Shown here: positions 15,883-23,679 of the stretch, in pieces | Layout: every line of letters begins with the position of its first letter | Position numbering within the stretch: position 1 is the first letter of the stretch | Virus record (IMG/VR): IMGVR_UViG_2671180884_000031 | DNA: 23,679 bases | Direction: 5' to 3' (one strand) | From: a virus | Taxonomy: Duplodnaviria; Heunggongvirae; Uroviricota; Caudoviricetes | Notes under the pieces: model-generated | What the model was told of the DNA's origin: nothing | What the model saw: only the letters and a program-made list of their open reading frames with translations | Database searches by the model: none | Translations under genes and position numbers: made by a program

Positions 15883-15972
15883 GTGCTGGTTCTCAAATGT
15901 GCGCTGGCTATTACGGCTGTAATGGCGATTTATTGTCTTGCTATTGTTCTTATGGATCGCCTTTCTGACTGA
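15883..15972 (+). CDS. Candidate small hydrophobic peptide (29 aa, GTG start), type-I-toxin-like
   Basis: Canonical AGGAGG SD (15872..15877), 5-nt spacer, GTG; product (M)LVLKCALAITAVMAIYCLAIVLMDRLSD is a single predicted TM helix. Overlaps a 67-aa Cys/Gly-rich ORF in another frame that is judged spurious. Confidence 0.3.
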   Translation: MLVLKCALAITAVMAIYCLAIVLMDRLSD

Positions 15973-16183
15973 TTTCACATTGGCGAGGTAACGGTAGTTA
16001 AGTAGAATGGCTGCGGGTGCTTGAGGCTATCTGCCTCGGGCATGAACACCAACGGCAGATAGAGAAAAGCCCCAGTTAACATTACGCGTCCTGCAAGACG
16101 CTTAACATTAATCTGAGGCCAATTTCATGCTAGACATATGTAGGTTAGCCTCTTACGTGCCGAAAGGCAAGGAGAAGCAGGCT

Positions 16184-16339
16184 ATGAAGCAGCAAAAGGC
16201 GATGTTAATCGCCCTGATCGTCATCTGTTTAACCGTCATAGTGACGGCACTGGTAACGAGGAAAGACCTCTGCGAGGTACGAATCCGAACCGGCCAGACG
16301 GAGGTCGCTGTCTTCACAGCTTACGAACCTGAGGAGTAA
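16184..16339 (+). CDS. hokD: Hok-family small membrane toxin HokD (RelF)
   Basis: MKQQKAMLIALIVICLTVIVTALVTRKDLCEVRIRTGQTEVAVFTAYEPEE matches recalled HokD; AAGGAGAA SD; an in-frame upstream ATG at 16127 could give an extended form. Confidence 0.8.
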   Translation: MKQQKAMLIALIVICLTVIVTALVTRKDLCEVRIRTGQTEVAVFTAYEPEE

Positions 16340-16407
16340 GAGACCCGGCGAGGGAGAAATCCCTCGCCACCTCTGATGTGGCAGGCATCCTCAACGCACC
16401 CGCACTT

Positions 16408-16439
16408 AACCCGCTTCGGCGGGTTTTTGTTTTTATTTT
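16408..16439 (+). terminator. Rho-independent terminator after hokD
   Basis: CCCGC-TTCG-GCGGG hairpin followed by TTTTTGTTTTTATTTT; a second 8-bp hairpin (GGCGAGGG/CCCTCGCC) lies at 16347..16368. Confidence 0.6.
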
Positions 16440-16555
16440 CAACGCGTTTGAAGTTCTGGACGGTGCCGGAATAGAATCAAAAATACTTAAGTAGCGCGCA
16501 GGGATAAGAGGGATGGTCCCTTAAAGGGGAGAGCTAATTATCCGGAAGGATTCTG

Positions 16556-16807
16556 ATGATGAACATCGAAGAACTGCGTAAAATTTTTTGTGAAGATGGC
16601 CTCTATGCTGTGTGCGTTGAAAATGGAAATCTTGTTAGTCATTACCGCATTATGTGTTTGCGAAAGAATGGGGCTGCGTTAATTAATTTTGTGGATGGTC
16701 GAGTGACAGACGGATTTATCTTGCGCGAAGGTGAGTTTGTCACTTCATTACAGGCACTGAAAGAGATCGGAATAAAAGCAGGCTTTTCAGCTTTTGCAGA
16801 AGAATAA
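16556..16807 (+). CDS. rem: Qin-prophage protein Rem (83 aa)
   Basis: MMNIEELRKIFCEDGLYAVCVENGNLVSHYRIMCLRKNGAALINFVDGRVTDGF...; size and position after hokD as recalled for K-12 Qin. Confidence 0.6.
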   Translation: MMNIEELRKIFCEDGLYAVCVENGNLVSHYRIMCLRKNGAALINFVDGRVTDGFILREGEFVTSLQALKEIGIKAGFSAFAEE

Positions 16808-16873
16808 ACTCATCTACAATCTTGCGCGGGGCTGAACTCCCGCTGAGTAACACCGTGCCACCGGAGAAAACCG

Positions 16874-17152
16874 ATGGCACGCAACGTAAAATATTACAAT
16901 TCTGATAATTCGCCCGTTCTTGTCTGCACGCACGAGCGGTATTCTCACGCATTCAAGTCTGAATGGTTCCAACACCCTCCATGCACTGAAGAGCAGGCTG
17001 AATGGATAATTCAGTGTTACCGCAGGCGCGGATACGAGGTTAAGAAAGCCCTTAGCCTCGACTACCGTCACTGGATAATCTCAGTCAGATTGCCTTACTC
17101 CGAACGCCCACCACGTGCGTCCCGCACTTTCCAGCAACGGATCTGGAGGTAA
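16874..17152 (+). CDS. Hypothetical protein (possibly the N-terminal part of a frameshifted Q-like gene)
   Basis: 92-aa ORF overlapping the next ORF by 38 bp in a different frame. Confidence 0.3.
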   Translation: MARNVKYYNSDNSPVLVCTHERYSHAFKSEWFQHPPCTEEQAEWIIQCYRRRGYEVKKALSLDYRHWIISVRLPYSERPPRASRTFQQRIWR

Positions 17153-17708
17153 CGTGCGGGTATTACTTAGACCTGTTCTGGTGCCTGAGCTTGGGCTGGT
17201 GGTCCTTAAGCCGGGCCGTGAATCCATACAGATATTTCATAATCCTCGAGTGCTGGTGGAACCGGAACCAAAAAGCATGCGTAATCTGCCATCCGGAGTC
17301 GTTCCTGCCGTTCGCCAGCCGCTGGCGGAAGACAAAACATTGCTGCCGTTTTTTAGTAACGAACGGGTGATTCGTGCTGCTGGCGGTGTTGGCGCATTGT
17401 CTGACTGGCTATTACGTCATGTTACATCCTGCCAGTGGCCTAATGGCGATTACCATCACTCTGAAACAGTCATTCACCGTTATGGTACCGGCGCAATGGT
17501 GTTGTGTTGGCACTGCGACAACCAACTGCGTGACCAGACATCGGAATCACTGGAGCTGCTTGCTCAACAAAATCTGACAGCATGGGTGATTGACGTCATC
17601 CGTCACGCAATAAGCGGTACGCAGGAGCGGGAATTATCTTTGGCTGAATTATCCTGGTGGGCGGTCTGCAATCAGGTGGTGGATGCACTACCTGAGGCTG
17701 TATCTTAA
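17115..17708 (+). CDS. Late-gene antiterminator Q-like protein (zinc-finger), candidate
   Basis: C-terminal [10 protein letters not shown] ... CWHCDNQ cysteine/histidine cluster; sits upstream of the csp genes and the lysis cassette, as quuQ does in Qin. Confidence 0.4.
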   Translation: MRPALSSNGSGGNVRVLLRPVLVPELGLVVLKPGRESIQIFHNPRVLVEPEPKSMRNLPSGVVPAVRQPLAEDKTLLPFFSNERVIRAAGGVGALSDWLLRHVTSCQWPNGDYHHSETVIHRYGTGAMVLCWHCDNQLRDQTSESLELLAQQNLTAWVIDVIRHAISGTQERELSLAELSWWAVCNQVVDALPEAVS

Positions 17709-17756
17709 ATGGGGCAATAGAGATATTGAATCTCATCCCGGGATAAACATTGGCAG

Positions 17757-17933
17757 TTGAAGGTCCACGCGAACCATTTATCCAGCAAAATTCCACGCGT
17801 AATCCTGTGGTAATTTCTTCTGCATCTCGAAGATTGAGAGCTGAAACGTGAAGCTGGGCATCGATACGCCATCGGATGGGAATATAAGACCTTTGCTGCT
17901 TTTGTAGTCAAAGTTTTTGACAATTCCTGTCAT
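17757..17933 (-). pseudogene. cspF: cspF-like cold-shock gene remnant (frameshifted, stop lost)
   Basis: From ATG 17933: [22 protein letters not shown], then a one-nt frame change, then ...[42 protein letters not shown]; both parts parallel recalled CspF. Confidence 0.45.
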
Positions 17934-18243
17934 TTTAGGGGACAGAAAAACTCCTTAATACTGATAACCTGGTGCACCATACACACGTTCCTGGAGAAAA
18001 CTACTTTTTTGATAGGGTTGAAGGTGGCTGGATGTCTAAAATAAACATTGCTTCATATGTTCAACTATGAGTTAATGACTGTGTCGGTTTGAAGAACAGA
18101 CGATATACGAAGTAGTTTACTAAAGCAGTTCTCATTTCAGGTGTTATTCACTTATTCCTTCTTTGAGTCTCTCCAATTAAGTACGAAGTCGTTTCTGTTA
18201 TGCAAACCATTTATGCCGAAAGGCTCAAGTTAAGGAATGTAGA

Positions 18244-18459
18244 ATGTCAAATAAAATGACTGGTTTAGTAAAATGGTTTAACGCTGATAAAGGTTTCGGC
18301 TTTATTTCTCCTGTTGATGGTAGTAAAGATGTGTTTGTGCATTTTTCTGCGATTCAGAATGATAATTATCGAACCTTATTTGAAGGTCAAAAGGTTACCT
18401 TCTCTATAGAGAGTGGTGCTAAAGGTCCTGCAGCAGCAAATGTCATCATTACTGATTAA
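18244..18459 (+). CDS. cspB: Cold-shock protein CspB-like (71 aa)
   Basis: [53 protein letters not shown]...; cold-shock-domain RNP motifs; long 5' UTR typical of csp genes. Confidence 0.8.
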   Translation: MSNKMTGLVKWFNADKGFGFISPVDGSKDVFVHFSAIQNDNYRTLFEGQKVTFSIESGAKGPAAANVIITD

Positions 18460-18740
18460 AATTCATCGCTCGTCTGTATACGATAACGAAGAAGGCTGAT
18501 GCCTGAGTAGAGATACGGACAGAGTAGTGAATATTGGATCTCTTTAATAAAAAGTAAGGAGGTCCAATACATGAAACAATGGCCAGCATATTTGGCAAAA
18601 TCTTAATCAGGAAAAGTATGCTAACCATTGTGGTGAAGTGCAGGTTTGCTGCATGAATAGTTTCACAGCAGAAGCTAACTGCTGGCATCGCAAAACAAAG
18701 TGCGTAAGTGGATGACTCCCACAAAAAGCACCACAATCTC

Positions 18741-18766
18741 AAACCCGCTCAGGCGGGTTTTTTATT
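18741..18766 (+). terminator. Rho-independent terminator (candidate tR'-like late-region terminator)
   Basis: Perfect AAACCCGC-TCAG-GCGGGTTT hairpin followed by TTTATT, ~450 bp upstream of the holin gene. Confidence 0.6.
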
Positions 18767-18822
18767 ATCTGCTTTAAATATATTATTAAAATATAAAAAA
18801 TACTTGTTACTAATAAAATCAA

Positions 18823-18993
18823 TCAGGCTACAGCTTTAAGATTTGTCTGGAATACTTTGTTGCAATGAGGGCAGATCAAAAGGGCACCTTTTTGTACTCT
18901 TGAAAAACTGTGTTCTGACTCTTGGGTGCAGTTTGGGCAGGAACATTTAACGAGATAATTACGGCGTGATTTTGAGTCTTTACGTTCTGACAT
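18823..18993 (-). CDS. Hypothetical small zinc-ribbon protein (56 aa)
   Basis: MSERKDSKSRRNYLVKCSCPNCTQESEHSFSRVQKGALLICPHCNKVFQTNLKAVA with two CxxC pairs; AGGAAAAG SD upstream of ATG 18993. Confidence 0.4.
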   Translation of the reverse strand: MSERKDSKSRRNYLVKCSCPNCTQESEHSFSRVQKGALLICPHCNKVFQTNLKAVA

Positions 18994-19212
18994 AGGCTTT
19001 TCCTGTATAAATGGCCGTATACAGTACACTAAATATGAAAACATTTCTCGTATTATTATTTTATATATGACTTTCTTTCAAAATAATTACCCACATTTTT
19101 AATGTGTATGTTTTTTTAGCGCCGTTGAGAACAACGTGTGCTGTCAAAACTACCCCGTAGACTCCGATCTTTTCAAACATATTGCACCATCCGTGTACAT
19201 CGGGGTGAGGAT

Positions 19213-19428
19213 ATGAAATCAATGGATAAGTTAACAACAGGTGTTGCCTATGGCACATCGGCGGGTAATGCTGGTTTCTGGGCATTGCAGTTACTCGATA
19301 AAGTAACTCCGTCACAGTGGGCTGCAATCGGTGTGCTGGGTAGCCTGGTTTTTGGCCTGCTGACGTATCTGACAAATCTTTATTTCAAGATTAAAGAAGA
19401 CAGGCGTAAGGCTGCGAGAGGAGAATAA
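19213..19428 (+). CDS. essQ: Class II (pin)holin, phage 21 S-like, with dual-start motif
   Basis: [71 protein letters not shown]; two TM segments and a basic C-terminus; GGTGAGGA SD. Confidence 0.8.
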   Translation: MKSMDKLTTGVAYGTSAGNAGFWALQLLDKVTPSQWAAIGVLGSLVFGLLTYLTNLYFKIKEDRRKAARGE

Positions 19429-19739
19429 TCCAATGACTCAAGACTATGAACTGGTTGTGAAAGGAGTCCGTAATTTTGAGAATAAAGTTACGGTAACTGT
19501 AGCCTTACAGGACAAAGAACGCTTTGACGGTGAAATTTTTGGCCTGGATGTCGCCATGGACCGTGTTGAAGGAGCTACGCTGGAGTTTTATGAGGCAGCA
19601 GCCAGAATGAGCGTCCGGCAAGTCTTCCTGGAAGTAGCAGAAAAATTGTCAGAAAAGTTGAGTCTTATCTGCAGCATCAGTACTCCTTTAAGATTGAAAA
19701 TCCTGCCAATAAGCACGAGCGTCCTCATCATAAATATCT

Positions 19740-20767
<1,028 letters not shown>

Positions 20768-21129
20768 GGTAATATTAAATCGGAACATTTACATCGCGGA
20801 ATGTAAAATTTAAATAAAAAGGACTCTTCCATGAGCCAAAATTCCTGAAATCTTAAGGGTAAGATAAAAGGTCTTAATCAGAATGACACGTTTTATTAAT
20901 AAATAAAGCTATTCTTTCATTGCTGTGTTTTTCTTTACAAAAGTAATCCTTGCTATGGGTGGTTAATCATGCGTTAATGGTGTTCTGGTTTGTTACAAAT
21001 TTATCTGAAGCAGTCATTGTTATAATTTTATTATTTGTACCTCTTGAGATTTCCTTGTTGGTTTTTCTCTCTGATATTTTTTTTCGGACCATTCTGCCCA
21101 AGGGCTAATTTCTTCAAAAGGTAATAATT

Positions 21130-21342
21130 ATGTCTAACAAAATGACTGGTTTAGTAAAATGGTTTAACCCTGAAAAAGGTTTTGGTTTCATCACGCCGAA
21201 AGATGGCAGCAAAGATGTGTTTGTCCATTTCTCAGCAATTCAGAGCAACGATTTCAAAACATTAACTGAGAATCAGGAAGTTGAATTTGGTATTGAGAAC
21301 GGACCTAAAGGTCCTGCCGCTGTTCATGTAGTGGCGCTTTGA
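21130..21342 (+). CDS. cspI: Cold-shock protein CspI (70 aa)
   Basis: [70 protein letters not shown] matches recalled CspI. Confidence 0.85.
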   Translation: MSNKMTGLVKWFNPEKGFGFITPKDGSKDVFVHFSAIQSNDFKTLTENQEVEFGIENGPKGPAAVHVVAL

Positions 21343-21548
21343 GGTAGACAATATTACAAACCATATTCACTTTAGATGCCCGTGTTGTCATGGTTCCCAG
21401 TATAGAACATCATCTTTTGATGTTTCTGACATGAATCCTTTCGGGGCAAAATGTATCTTTTGTAAATCAATGATGATTACATTTGATAATATTTCACAAT
21501 ACTTAAATGCTAGCCGTCTGTCGTTGGATTTAAAAAAGTGAAAATGAA

Positions 21549-21569
21549 GGCTCCTTCGGGAGCTTTTTG
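21549..21569 (+). terminator. Small rho-independent terminator candidate downstream of cspI
   Basis: GGCTCC-TTCG-GGAGCT hairpin followed by TTTT. Confidence 0.4.
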
Positions 21570-21613
21570 GCTTGGTGTCTATTCGATGGATACTCACATA
21601 CTACGGTAACATC

Positions 21614-21844
21614 ATGAAAAAAATCATAGTTTTTTTTAACTCTGAACCAGCAGTGGTAGTGCCAGCGATGACTGGAGTTAACACCATCATGCGTGAATAT
21701 CCAAATGGCGAAAAAACACACCTTACTGTAATGGCCGCAGGGTTTCCATCTCTGACCGGAGATCATAAAGTCATTTATGTAGCCGCGGATCGACATGTTA
21801 CTTCAGAAGAAATTCTGGAAGCAGCAATAAGGCTCTTGAGTTGA
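21614..21844 (+). CDS. Hypothetical prophage protein (76 aa)
   Basis: ORF 21572..21844 with internal ATG at 21614 (MKKIIVFFNSEPAVVVPAMTGVNTIMREYPNGEK...); weak SD. Confidence 0.4.
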   Translation: MKKIIVFFNSEPAVVVPAMTGVNTIMREYPNGEKTHLTVMAAGFPSLTGDHKVIYVAADRHVTSEEILEAAIRLLS

Positions 21845-22015
21845 TTTGATGCTATTGCATTGATAATTCAGGAAAATTCTCTTTGTCTGTTTGTGTAAAA
21901 TTTAGACTATCGTATGTTGATTATTGCGATGTTTCATCTTATCTTTTACACGTTTGCACCATATAATCGACTTACTGTGTAACTGGAAAGTCATAACAGA
22001 CTAAAAGAGGAAATG

Positions 22016-22189
22016 ATGAATATTGAAAACTTAAAAACAAAAGCAGAAGCAGATATTTCTGAATATATAACAAAAAAAATTATTGAACTTAAGAAAAAGA
22101 CCGGGAAAGAAGTTACCAGTATTCAGTTTACCGCACGGGAAAAAATGACGGGTCTTGAAAGCTATGATGTCAAGATTAATTTAATCTGA
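22016..22189 (+). CDS. gnsB: GnsB-like protein (Gns family, 57 aa)
   Basis: Hand translation MNIENLKTKAEADISEYITKKIIELKKKTGKEVTSIQFTAREKMTGLESYDVKINLI; AAAGAGG SD 5 nt upstream; below the 60-aa cutoff of the ORF track. Confidence 0.7.
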   Translation: MNIENLKTKAEADISEYITKKIIELKKKTGKEVTSIQFTAREKMTGLESYDVKINLI

Positions 22190-22340
22190 TGTATTCAATA
22201 ATAAAATTTATCCATAAACCTCGTTTTTACGGGGTTTTGTTATATTTGAATGGTTCCGAATATCTAAATCACAATTGTTGATGGTTTTTATTAAACCAAT
22301 GCAGTCCGGCTCAGGAGTGAGAGAAGCCGGACGTTATGGT

Positions 22341-22751
22341 TTAGCGTGGTAAGATCTGTGTAGTTTTCTGGATGCTTTCAGTAAATAGTAATGAATTATC
22401 AAAGGTATAGTAATATCTTTTTTGTTCGTGGATATTTGTAACCCACCGAAAAACTCCTGCTTTAGCAAGGTTTCTTCTGTATTCCTGAAATGTGATCTCT
22501 CTGGATTTCAGCTTATTAGAGGTCGTTTCTATAAGATGCCTATCCTTTGAAAATTTGACAGACACAATGTTTTTTAGGCCCTTTAATAACACTGTATTAT
22601 CATTTTTTAATACAATATGAACATTCTCTGTGGCTAAATAGTAAATGTAATGTGAGACATTGTGACGTTTTAGCTCAGAATAAAACCATTGATAGTTTAA
22701 ATCGTTTCGAACTTTATCAAATATTTGTTTAAAAATGACTACCTGATCCAT
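22341..22751 (-). CDS. ydfO: YdfO-like prophage protein (136 aa)
   Basis: ORF 22341..22766 with likely start at ATG 22751 (GGAAGG SD); size and position match recalled K-12 YdfO. Confidence 0.55.
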
Positions 22752-22808
22752 AGATAAACCTTCCATGTGATATGAGGGGGCGTAGTCTGCACGATTATCT
22801 AAATTGCT

Positions 22809-23042
22809 TCAATCTGGTCTGACCTGTTTTCTGAGCAATTCAGTAATGTCACTCTTTTCTTTGTTTGCTTCAGAAGAAACTCTTTTTTCTGAGCACAGTC
22901 TCCGGCGGCAGGCTTCAATGACCCAGGCTGAGAAATTCCCGGACCCTTTTTGCTCAAGAGCGATGTTAATTTGTTCAATCATTTGGTTAGGAAAGCGGAT
23001 GTTGCGGGTTGTTGTTCTGCGGGTTCTGTTCTTCGTTGACAT
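22809..23042 (-). CDS. ynfO: YnfO-like small prophage protein (77 aa)
   Basis: 77-aa basic ORF adjacent to ydfO and upstream of cos, as in Qin. Confidence 0.5.
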   Translation of the reverse strand: MSTKNRTRRTTTRNIRFPNQMIEQINIALEQKGSGNFSAWVIEACRRRLCSEKRVSSEANKEKSDITELLRKQVRPD

Positions 23043-23241
23043 GAGGTTGCCCCGTATTCAGTGTCGCTGATTTGTATTGTCTGAAGTTGTTTTTACGTTA
23101 AGTTGATGCGGATCAATTAATACGATATCTGCGTCATAATTGATTGTTTGACGTGGTTTGATGGCGTAGATGCACGTTGTGACATGCAGATGATAATTAT
23201 TATCATTTTGCGGGTCCTTTCCGGCGATCCGACAGGTTACG

Positions 23242-23253
23242 GGGCGGCGACCT
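23242..23253. other. cosN cohesive-end site, lambda-type (GGGCGGCGACCT)
   Basis: GTTACG-GGGCGGCGACCT-CGCGGGTTTTCGCTATTTATGAAAATTTTCCGG is near-identical to the recalled lambda cos junction; Nu1 starts 178 bp downstream. Confidence 0.85.
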
Positions 23254-23430
23254 CGCGGGTTTTCGCTATTTATGAAAATTTTCCGGTTTAAGGCGTTTCC
23301 GTTCTTCTTCGTTGTAACTTAATGTTTTTATTTAAAATACCCCCTGAAAAGAAAGGAAACGACAGGTGCTGAAAACGAGCTTTTGGGCCTCTGTCGTTTC
23401 CTTTCTCTGTTTTTGGCCGTGGAATGAACA

Positions 23431-23679
23431 ATGGAAGTCAACAAAAAGCAGCTGGCTGACATTTTCGGTGCGAGTATCCGTACCATTCAGAACTGGCAGG
23501 AACAGGGAATGCCCGTTCTGCGAGGCGGTGGCAAGGGTAATGAGGTGCTTTATGACTCTGCCGCCGTTATAAGATGGTATGCCGAAAGGGATGCTGAAAT
23601 TGAGAACGAAAAGCTGCGCCGGGAAGTTGAAGAACTGCGGCAGGCCAGCGAGGCAGATCTCCAGCCAGGGACTATTGAG
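23431..23679 (+). CDS. nohA: Terminase small subunit Nu1 (5' part; continues beyond the window)
   Basis: MEVNKKQLADIFGASIRTIQNWQEQGMPVLRGGGKGNEVLYDSAAVIRWYAERDAEIENEKLRREVEELRQA... is near-identical to recalled lambda Nu1. Confidence 0.9.
   Translation, partial: MEVNKKQLADIFGASIRTIQNWQEQGMPVLRGGGKGNEVLYDSAAVIRWYAERDAEIENEKLRREVEELRQASEADLQPGTIE

Noticed and set aside
15765-15968. 67-aa Cys/Gly-rich plus-strand ORF (…GGCGAGSQMCAGYYGCNGDLLSCYCSYGSPF)
   Set aside because: No SD at its ATG; it overlaps the better-supported 29-codon hydrophobic frame that has a canonical SD. A bacteriocin-like peptide was considered but nothing supports it.
16740-17071. Minus-strand ORFs 16740..16952 and 16814..17071
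   Set aside because: Antisense to rem and the 92-aa ORF.
17374-17923. ORF 17374..17577 (+), and minus-strand ORFs 17596..17796 and 17705..17923
   Set aside because: The first is an alternative frame inside the Q-like gene; the other two are the two frames of the disrupted cspF remnant, reported as a pseudogene instead.
18449-18742. 97-aa minus-strand ORF between cspB and the terminator
   Set aside because: Hydrophobic low-complexity translation with no SD; the interval more likely holds the late promoter / leader.
19061-19375. 104-aa minus-strand ORF and the 96-aa extended holin frame from 19138
   Set aside because: The minus ORF is antisense to the holin; the holin's real start is the SD-preceded MKSM at 19213.
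20768-20800. Imperfect inverted repeat ACATTTACAT ... ATGTAAAATT just after the Rz stop
   Set aside because: Followed by an A-rich rather than U-rich tract and an imperfect stem; not convincing as an intrinsic terminator.
21377-21597. Plus-strand zinc-ribbon-like frame (CPCC ... CIFC) downstream of cspI, and the minus-strand 69-aa ORF 21388..21597
   Set aside because: The plus frame has no start codon between the upstream stop and the motif (first ATG leaves only ~36 codons, after the first Cys pair), so it is probably a decayed gene; the minus ORF has no SD.
21530-21796. 88-aa minus-strand ORF
   Set aside because: Antisense to the 76-aa plus-strand gene and overlapping the small terminator hairpin.
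22804-23070. 88-aa plus-strand ORF
   Set aside because: Antisense to the ynfO-like gene.
23366-23572. 68-aa plus-strand ORF
   Set aside because: Out-of-frame overlap of cosB and the Nu1 start; the Nu1 frame from 23431 is the real gene.

Overview
This window is the left ~22.5 kb of a Qin/lambda-like lambdoid prophage inserted next to rspB, apparently inside a ydfJ-like MFS transporter gene. Calls rest on reading the ORF translations and the DNA by eye, and on recalled E. coli K-12 Qin/Rac/lambda sequences; no searches were run. Minus-strand early module (1.2-7.6 kb): integrase, excisionase, an 825-aa RecE-like exonuclease, ydfD, dicB, the DicF sRNA, ydfA and dicA with TTAG-N6-CTAA operator palindromes. 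Rightward (7.7-9.8 kb): dicC, a YdaT-like protein and an O-like replication protein with an iteron array inside its coding sequence. Cargo island (9.9-15.6 kb): built from modules bounded by a repeated att-like sequence, it carries an SDR oxidoreductase, a YafY/WYL-type regulator, a ~200-aa tyrosine recombinase with a degenerate duplicate of its 3' end, and two AT-rich genes of unknown function (373 aa and 417 aa, the latter with a HEPN-like R-x6-H motif). These two genes are the best candidates for an undescribed accessory or anti-phage function. Late region (16-23.7 kb): hokD, rem, a Q-like antiterminator, a frameshifted cspF remnant, cspB, a pinholin / SAR-endolysin / Rz / Rz1 lysis cassette, cspI, gnsB, ydfO, ynfO, a lambda-type cos site and the start of the Nu1 terminase gene. 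No tRNA, rRNA, CRISPR array or IS element was seen.
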